Positions 58,462 through 64,000 of a stretch of DNA of 64,000 bases are shown in pieces. Made by a program: the position numbers and the translations under genes. The notes under the pieces were generated by a model. The model worked only from the letters and a program-made list of their open reading frames with translations, was not told where the DNA came from and did no database searches. Each line of letters starts with the position of its first letter. The stretch's first letter is position 1. The stretch comes from a virus: positions 1 through 64,000 of IMG/VR virus record IMGVR_UViG_3300009514_000014; one strand, written 5' to 3'.

Positions 58462-60624
58462 TCATGGCAGATCCACATTTTCGTCAACACGCATCGCTGC
58501 GGCATGCGACAACCCGTCTGTGGTTATCGTGTCGGAGGCTCGATAGTTAGACCAGCCCTTCAATCTGACTACCACAGTGACTGCGAGGTCGCCCGTGTAG
58601 TTGTAGGTGGCATCGGTCACGACGCCGGAGCCGTTAGTGGTCCCCGTCATAATTGCAGCGCCAGTGCTAGTGTTCTCCACACGAACGCGCAAACCTGCGA
58701 CCGCCGCCGCGCCAAGTTTGCAAGTCACGGTTAGCGTTTTTGTGTTTACTACAGTGGTAGAGGCGCCTGTGCCGTTACGTACACTAGGAGAGTCACCGCT
58801 ACCCGACACGTTGATTGTGACGGCGCCGGCAGTATCGTTAAAAACAGCTGCCTTGGACGAGTAGAAACTATGTATTTCTCCGCCCGAGCCGTCAGCCAGT
58901 GTGATCGCGCTGGAACCGGCTACGCCTGCAGCTCTCGTCAGGTGCACTGTGAACGTCGTGCCGGACGCAACGTTGACGTAGTATTTGGTTGCATCAGTCA
59001 AGTTGATCGAATCGGTTCCGCCTTCTTTGTTGTAGAAGACAGCATCTCCCGATGTGAATCCATGCGCGGCGTTTGTAGTGATAACGTTGGAAGCCACACC
59101 CGTCTGGGTGTGAAAATTCCAGCCAAGGTCTGCAGGCGCCCAGTAGTTGGTGAACTTATTGCCTACTGAATTCGTTGACCCTGTGGCGGTGATCTCCATT
59201 GCATGACCAAAGTCGTGACCCCCACCCCCATCGAAAGAGCAGTAGGTAATCCCATTCATTGCAGCCAAAGGAGTGAATAGCGACTCGCCCTCCCCCAATG
59301 TGAAGTCGGAAAGCAAAACGGTAGTCAAAGCAGCGGTGGAAGCTACGACATTTCCGATGCTCTGCACGAAACCTTTGGAGATGGTGCACTTCGATGTCAA
59401 GGTCATGACCCTGATACCTTCGAAGATGCACGCCGTGGCGACCAATCCTGCCGTGGAGGTCGTACCCGTCACCGTGAAGTCGGCGCGGTTATCTGGATCT
59501 CGTATGATGCTCTGGTTCTCGCCGGGTGCAGATGGAACCGTCAGTGCTTCGATGGTGCCAGCGAAGGCATTGGTCCGAGAGGTGCTCAGACCAAAAGTGT
59601 CGGCGTCGTTGACGAACACCCAAAACGATCCCGGTTCTGGACCGATGTCATGAGAGCCACCCTCCCTGGAGTAAGTGACGTAGTCGCCGGTGTTCAGGCC
59701 GTGCCCTGGAATCGTGATGTGATCGCTGGTCGCGTTGGTCTGCAGTGCCGTGTCGAACCATTTTTTGGTGACGCTGTGGCCATTGCCGGTGAACGAACAA
59801 ACGTCCAAGGTCACCGCTGTGGAGGCGTTTTGGAGATCGACCTTTATGCCGAGAGCGCCTTCACCTACGCGAGCCCAAGGAAAGACGAGCTTCGTGTTGC
59901 TGGCAGTGAACGTTGTAGCGGTAGCAGAACCTATGGCCAGCATTGCCCCTACGAAGATGACGTCGTCCTTCGTCGTGGCGATGCCGTAGCGATTGCCGGT
60001 TGTCCCTTCGTCAAACGTCACAAAGTCAGCGAAGCTGCCGCCTGTGCCCACCCAGAGCAGGCCCTGCCCTGTGGTTACAAAGTCGATGGCATCCATCGCC
60101 AAGTTCTCGGACTTTGCCGACGAGACCGACATGGTGGCAACATGCGCCCAATAATTGACCGCACTCAACGTGACCGCACCTCCCGGTGATGCATCAACGT
60201 AAGCGGCCTCATTGAGGTCGATCGGCGGAAACAACCAACCACCTGGAGCTGGGTAGGTGGACTTAGTGTAAAGGTAGTACTGATTGTAAAGCGTGGGTTG
60301 ACCACTTCCGGCTGTGGCACCACTGCCGATTTCAATCTTATTGCCGGCCGCCCTGGTAGTCTGCAAAACACCGGGCGTTGTGGCCAGAGCCTTGAAGATG
60401 AAGGTGTCGCCTGCGACGTTGTAGGTGACCGAGTTAGGGATGAAGCAGACCCCAGTCTCGCTTGTCTTGACCTTTTCCGAGACAGACTGCGCACCCTCGT
60501 AGAAGAACTCGCCCTCTAGAACAGCCGCACCCCCTGCGGTATCTTCCCAGACGCCAGCTACGGGAGTGGAAGGAGACAACGCCTCTGCGTCAGTAATGCG
60601 AGTTCCTTGAAAGGTCACGGCCAT
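58462..60624 (-). CDS. virion structural protein with tail-fibre-type beta repeats
   Basis: HGLNTGDYVTY / HGFTSGDAVFY repeats. Confidence 0.7.
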   Translation of the reverse strand: MAVTFQGTRITDAEALSPSTPVAGVWEDTAGGAAVLEGEFFYEGAQSVSEKVKTSETGVCFIPNSVTYNVAGDTFIFKALATTPGVLQTTRAAGNKIEIGSGATAGSGQPTLYNQYYLYTKSTYPAPGGWLFPPIDLNEAAYVDASPGGAVTLSAVNYWAHVATMSVSSAKSENLAMDAIDFVTTGQGLLWVGTGGSFADFVTFDEGTTGNRYGIATTKDDVIFVGAMLAIGSATATTFTASNTKLVFPWARVGEGALGIKVDLQNASTAVTLDVCSFTGNGHSVTKKWFDTALQTNATSDHITIPGHGLNTGDYVTYSREGGSHDIGPEPGSFWVFVNDADTFGLSTSRTNAFAGTIEALTVPSAPGENQSIIRDPDNRADFTVTGTTSTAGLVATACIFEGIRVMTLTSKCTISKGFVQSIGNVVASTAALTTVLLSDFTLGEGESLFTPLAAMNGITYCSFDGGGGHDFGHAMEITATGSTNSVGNKFTNYWAPADLGWNFHTQTGVASNVITTNAAHGFTSGDAVFYNKEGGTDSINLTDATKYYVNVASGTTFTVHLTRAAGVAGSSAITLADGSGGEIHSFYSSKAAVFNDTAGAVTINVSGSGDSPSVRNGTGASTTVVNTKTLTVTCKLGAAAVAGLRVRVENTSTGAAIMTGTTNGSGVVTDATYNYTGDLAVTVVVRLKGWSNYRASDTITTDGLSHAAAMRVDENVDLP

Positions 60625-60628
60625 GCTA

Positions 60629-61168
60629 TCAACCCACCACCAGCTCATAGACGCCCATGCTGTGTTCTGCGTCTAAGTAGCCCAAAAATGCGCCCATAAG
60701 GCGTTCGGCACGTTTCTCCAACTCGGGTTTGATCACTACCCTGTCACCTGTGTCATTCGGTGGGACTGAGTCGTAGTCCACGACGATCACGGGCACTCCA
60801 TTGAGGGCGACCAGCCGTTCGATCATGTCTCGGCCGGTTGTTGTGACGGCGTCAGCGCGCACTTCGATCACGAAGGCCCAGTGGCCGCCATTGAGCTCGT
60901 TAGCGGAGCACATCACGCCCGACAGGTCTGGACGATCCTTCGGGAGACCCACACCCCGCAACCAAGAACATTGGAAGTCGCAGCATGTGGGCGGACGCTC
61001 AGCGTTCCCAAATATTTGACAGCCATCAGATCCCTGATGCGGGCAGCCGGTGTGGGCCGCCTTGGTCAGCTCGGGGACGCCCCCGATATAGCAACAAACC
61101 GTACATGCGCCACACGCCCTTTCGTCGGCGGCAGAGGGGTTGCTGGTTCTGTGGGCTGTGTCAGGCAA
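60629..61168 (-). CDS. Cys-rich YkgJ-like Zn/Fe-S cluster protein
   Basis: RACGACTVCC..CPH...CQIF..RPPTC..F.CSWL. Confidence 0.7.
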   Translation of the reverse strand: MPDTAHRTSNPSAADERACGACTVCCYIGGVPELTKAAHTGCPHQGSDGCQIFGNAERPPTCCDFQCSWLRGVGLPKDRPDLSGVMCSANELNGGHWAFVIEVRADAVTTTGRDMIERLVALNGVPVIVVDYDSVPPNDTGDRVVIKPELEKRAERLMGAFLGYLDAEHSMGVYELVVG

Positions 61169-61195
61169 GTTAGCACCCTGCTACTGCACCGTGAC

Positions 61196-61663
61196 CTAGT
61201 GGCCGATAACGTGCGGCTCGAATTTGAGCTTCGCCGTCATTGCGTCGACGCCACCGGTTGTTGTCACCAAAATCTTCGATCCCCACAGTATGGGCAAATG
61301 AATCTGCGTCGTGTCGGAGGTGACAAACGACACTTCGGTAGTCCCGGAGAACAATTCTACCAGATTGTCGTTGATGTCCTTTAGCTCAACCTTCCAGGTA
61401 GATTGATTACCGCCGAGTGCCAATTCTATCGCCACGACGCGAAGTGCGTCTTTCGGCTCGAATGCGTACAGCGTGTCGTCGGTCGGATCGAAGAGGCCGC
61501 CTTCTAGTCCGGGAGCAAACTCAAAGATATCATCGGCGAACGTCGGCACAAGAGCGACAAGGGGGCCACCATCCTTCGGTGTCAGGCCAGCAAAGTCGCT
61601 GCCGGCCTTTATGGCCTGGTGAATTGCGCACAAGCGCTCAACCTTCGCAAGAACTGTGGCCAT
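61196..61663 (-). CDS. hypothetical protein
   Basis: SD GGAGGT. Confidence 0.6.
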   Translation of the reverse strand: MATVLAKVERLCAIHQAIKAGSDFAGLTPKDGGPLVALVPTFADDIFEFAPGLEGGLFDPTDDTLYAFEPKDALRVVAIELALGGNQSTWKVELKDINDNLVELFSGTTEVSFVTSDTTQIHLPILWGSKILVTTTGGVDAMTAKLKFEPHVIGH

Positions 61664-61729
61664 AACTTACCTCCGGGTATTTGGCAACTTATCATAGGAC
61701 TTTACGCCACACAATGCCACTTCTTTGGT

Positions 61730-61758
61730 TTGACCTCGGAGGCTATGCCATCTATGAT
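61730..61758 (+). promoter_or_regulatory. sigma70-like promoter for the portal operon
   Basis: TTGACC-N17-TATGAT. Confidence 0.55.
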
Positions 61759-61805
61759 AGCCGGAAATACTAGCAGCTCGCGAGAGTACTAGAAGGTTGC
61801 GACAT

Positions 61806-63566
61806 ATGAGCCAAGACACTAGCGTGGAAGAAACCGAATCCGTAGCACTCGTCAAGGCTGAAATAATGGGTGGAGGCGGAGCTCGATCAAACCTGATCGA
61901 GCTCTTGACGCAATCTCAGGACGCCATGCCTACAGGGGCGATGACCCCTCCGTACGACTTCCAGATGCTGTACAATTTGTTTGAGTCATCTTCGCTACTT
62001 AGACCAAACATCGATGCCTACAAGACGAACATCGACTCGTTCGGCCACCATTTCGTTCCGATTGTCGACCTGACGGCTAAGGAATCTACCCAACAGATTT
62101 CAGACGCCATGCTCTACGAGAGCATGATGGCGGTGCAATCCGGTGCCACGTCGCTGGCCGACGTCGAGGAACCGACTCCTGAGGAGGTTAAAGAGCGCAA
62201 AGACCACCTCCAGAAGGTGGCGCGTCTCGAGCACGCACGCCTGCGGGCATTCTTCTCGTTCGTGTGTCCGGATTTGAGCTTCACCGAGCTACGCCGTAGA
62301 ACGCGGCAGGACTACGAGGTCACCGGCAACGCCTGGTGGGAGGTGATCCGCAACGCACTCGACGACGTTGCCCACGTCTACTATGCGCCACCAATCAACA
62401 TCCGCCTACTTGCCAAAGATGATGAAGCAATTCAGGTTGAGGAGCGGGTGCAGGTCACCGATATCACATGGACGACAGTCAAGCGCTGGCGCCGATTCCG
62501 CCGATTTGTGCAGGTCGACACGAGCCGCGACCCAATTTTCTTCAAGGAATACGGCGATCCACGCACCGTCTCGCGCGCGACCGGTGCCTACTACCGCGAT
62601 GTCGCCGCCTTGATGGCCGAGGAGCCGGACGCCAAGCCTGCATCAGAACTTCTGCACTTCGCGCTGTTCACGCCGAACTCTCCTTATGGGATTCCGCGCT
62701 GGATCTCCAACCTGCCAGGCGTGCTTGGCACCCGTGAGCTCGAGGAGGTCAACTACGACTACTTTCGCAATAACGTCGTGCCCCCTCTTGCACTCCTGTG
62801 CAGTGGCGGTCGCTTCGGGAAAGGCGTCGCCACCAAGATCGAGGAGTACATCGAAGAGCACCTCAAGGGGCGCAAGGGCACCCATCGCATCCTCGTGTTG
62901 GAAGCTGAGGGCCAAAAGGGCGCCGGAGAGTCAGGTCCGAGGTCAGTGCCGAAGGTGCAGTTCGTGCCACTGCGAGACGCGCAGCAGTCAGACTCCCTCT
63001 TTCAAAACTACGATTTGCGCAACTCCGAGAAGGTCGCGCACTCCTTCCGCCTGCCTCGAATCCTCAGGGGTGATGACACCAAGATCAATCGAGCTACGGC
63101 TTTCATCGCATTACGCTTCGCCGAGGAACAGGTATTCGAGCCTGAGCGCGAGACCTTCGACGATGTGATCAATCGGCAACTATTTCCGGTGCTCGGCGTC
63201 ACCTTCTGGCGCTATAGGTCCAATGCGCCTGTCGTGCGCGATCCAGACAAGCTCGCTGAGATGTTGGAGCGCCTGGTCAAGGCTGGAATCTTGTTGCCAC
63301 GAGAAGCTCGAGAGATTGCCGCCGACATCTTCAACCGCAACTTCGTCGACATCTCTGAAGAGTGGACCGGTAAACCGCTACCCTTCACCTTGGCGCAACT
63401 CCGCTCCAACCCAGATGCACCAGTGGACGATCCACCGAAGGACGACGATGACGCGGATGAAGACGAACCAGCGCCGACCCCCACTGTCGCCGCACAAAGA
63501 CCGCCGACCAGAGACGACTCGACGTTTCTGCGCGCCGGCAGGCCATACAAAGCGTTGGGCGAGTAA
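61806..63566 (+). CDS. phage portal protein
   Basis: PPYD, DYEVTGNAWWEVIRN, ELLHF...SPYGIPRW, YFRNNVVP, FRLPRILRG, NRATA. Confidence 0.9.
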   Translation: MSQDTSVEETESVALVKAEIMGGGGARSNLIELLTQSQDAMPTGAMTPPYDFQMLYNLFESSSLLRPNIDAYKTNIDSFGHHFVPIVDLTAKESTQQISDAMLYESMMAVQSGATSLADVEEPTPEEVKERKDHLQKVARLEHARLRAFFSFVCPDLSFTELRRRTRQDYEVTGNAWWEVIRNALDDVAHVYYAPPINIRLLAKDDEAIQVEERVQVTDITWTTVKRWRRFRRFVQVDTSRDPIFFKEYGDPRTVSRATGAYYRDVAALMAEEPDAKPASELLHFALFTPNSPYGIPRWISNLPGVLGTRELEEVNYDYFRNNVVPPLALLCSGGRFGKGVATKIEEYIEEHLKGRKGTHRILVLEAEGQKGAGESGPRSVPKVQFVPLRDAQQSDSLFQNYDLRNSEKVAHSFRLPRILRGDDTKINRATAFIALRFAEEQVFEPERETFDDVINRQLFPVLGVTFWRYRSNAPVVRDPDKLAEMLERLVKAGILLPREAREIAADIFNRNFVDISEEWTGKPLPFTLAQLRSNPDAPVDDPPKDDDDADEDEPAPTPTVAAQRPPTRDDSTFLRAGRPYKALGE

Positions 63567-63595
63567 CCTAAAACCAACCACCACAGGTACAGAAA

Positions 63596-64000
63596 ATGAG
63601 CGACAAGAACGACAAGACAGACCCGAAGACCGAAAAGGCGATCGCCAATGTGTTGGCCGACGCCAAGTTGGATATCGATCCCACGCCTTTCCGTTCGTTT
63701 ATTCGAAATGAGCGGGACTTGGTTGTAGTTTACAAGGCGCTTGAGAAGGCGATCATGCGCAGTTTCGCCGAGGACCTCCGTCGCAACCCATTCGGCAGGT
63801 TGGCGCAGAGTGGGGTCAAGGAGTCTGACCTTCAGGAGCGCTTCAAGATGTGCGAGACATGGATCAGACGAGCTCGGGGTGACCTGGGCTTCTCTCTCGA
63901 CAAGACTCTCGACCTGATGCCGCATGCCTTGCGCTGCGAGATAGACGGTCAGACCTTCGATCCTGCCACCATGAGAACCAGTATTTGGACTCCGACATAA
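63596..64000 (+). CDS. hypothetical protein
   Basis: ORF downstream of the portal. Confidence 0.6.
   Translation: MSDKNDKTDPKTEKAIANVLADAKLDIDPTPFRSFIRNERDLVVVYKALEKAIMRSFAEDLRRNPFGRLAQSGVKESDLQERFKMCETWIRRARGDLGFSLDKTLDLMPHALRCEIDGQTFDPATMRTSIWTPT

Noticed and set aside
1-64000. Genome-wide TAG or TGA recoding
   Set aside because: Conserved genes (pyrF, thyX, portal) are intact in code 11 and several end in TAG or TGA; no suppressor tRNA was found.

Overview
A 64-kb segment of a large, GC-rich tailed (probably jumbo) bacteriophage genome. The host is unknown; a multiheme cytochrome c, a TusE/DsrC-like gene and Tat-signal proteins hint at a Desulfobacterota/Myxococcota-like host. Layout: 1-11.8 kb small hypothetical ORFs plus pyrE. 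11.8-37 kb is a + strand translation/RNA island with 41 canonical tRNAs covering all 20 amino acids, a tmRNA, two HNH genes, an RlaP/YcgL-like nucleotidyltransferase, TusE/DsrC, pyrF and a Pth2-like peptidyl-tRNA hydrolase. 37-50 kb is nucleotide metabolism (dNK, ThyX, MTase, MazG-like, macro domain, SNase). 50-61.7 kb holds lysis and virion genes, followed by the portal gene. The most unusual signals are in the RNA island. (i) A 55-codon leader ORF uses all 20 amino acids and 42 different codons and overlaps an antiterminator/terminator switch right before the first tRNA: a candidate general tRNA-depletion-sensing attenuator. (ii) At least nine Y RNA (YrlA-like, Ro60-binding) genes occur in several topologies, two of them circular permutants with the Ro stem replacing a tRNA anticodon loop. 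(iii) A ~315-nt unassigned structured RNA is followed by a minimal SRP helix-8 hairpin. (iv) The Pth2-like gene has no in-frame start upstream of its conserved N-terminus, sits behind a Met-Arg-Pro-stop minigene, and is followed by a cluster of aberrant tRNA-like RNAs. All calls were made by eye; no database searches were run.
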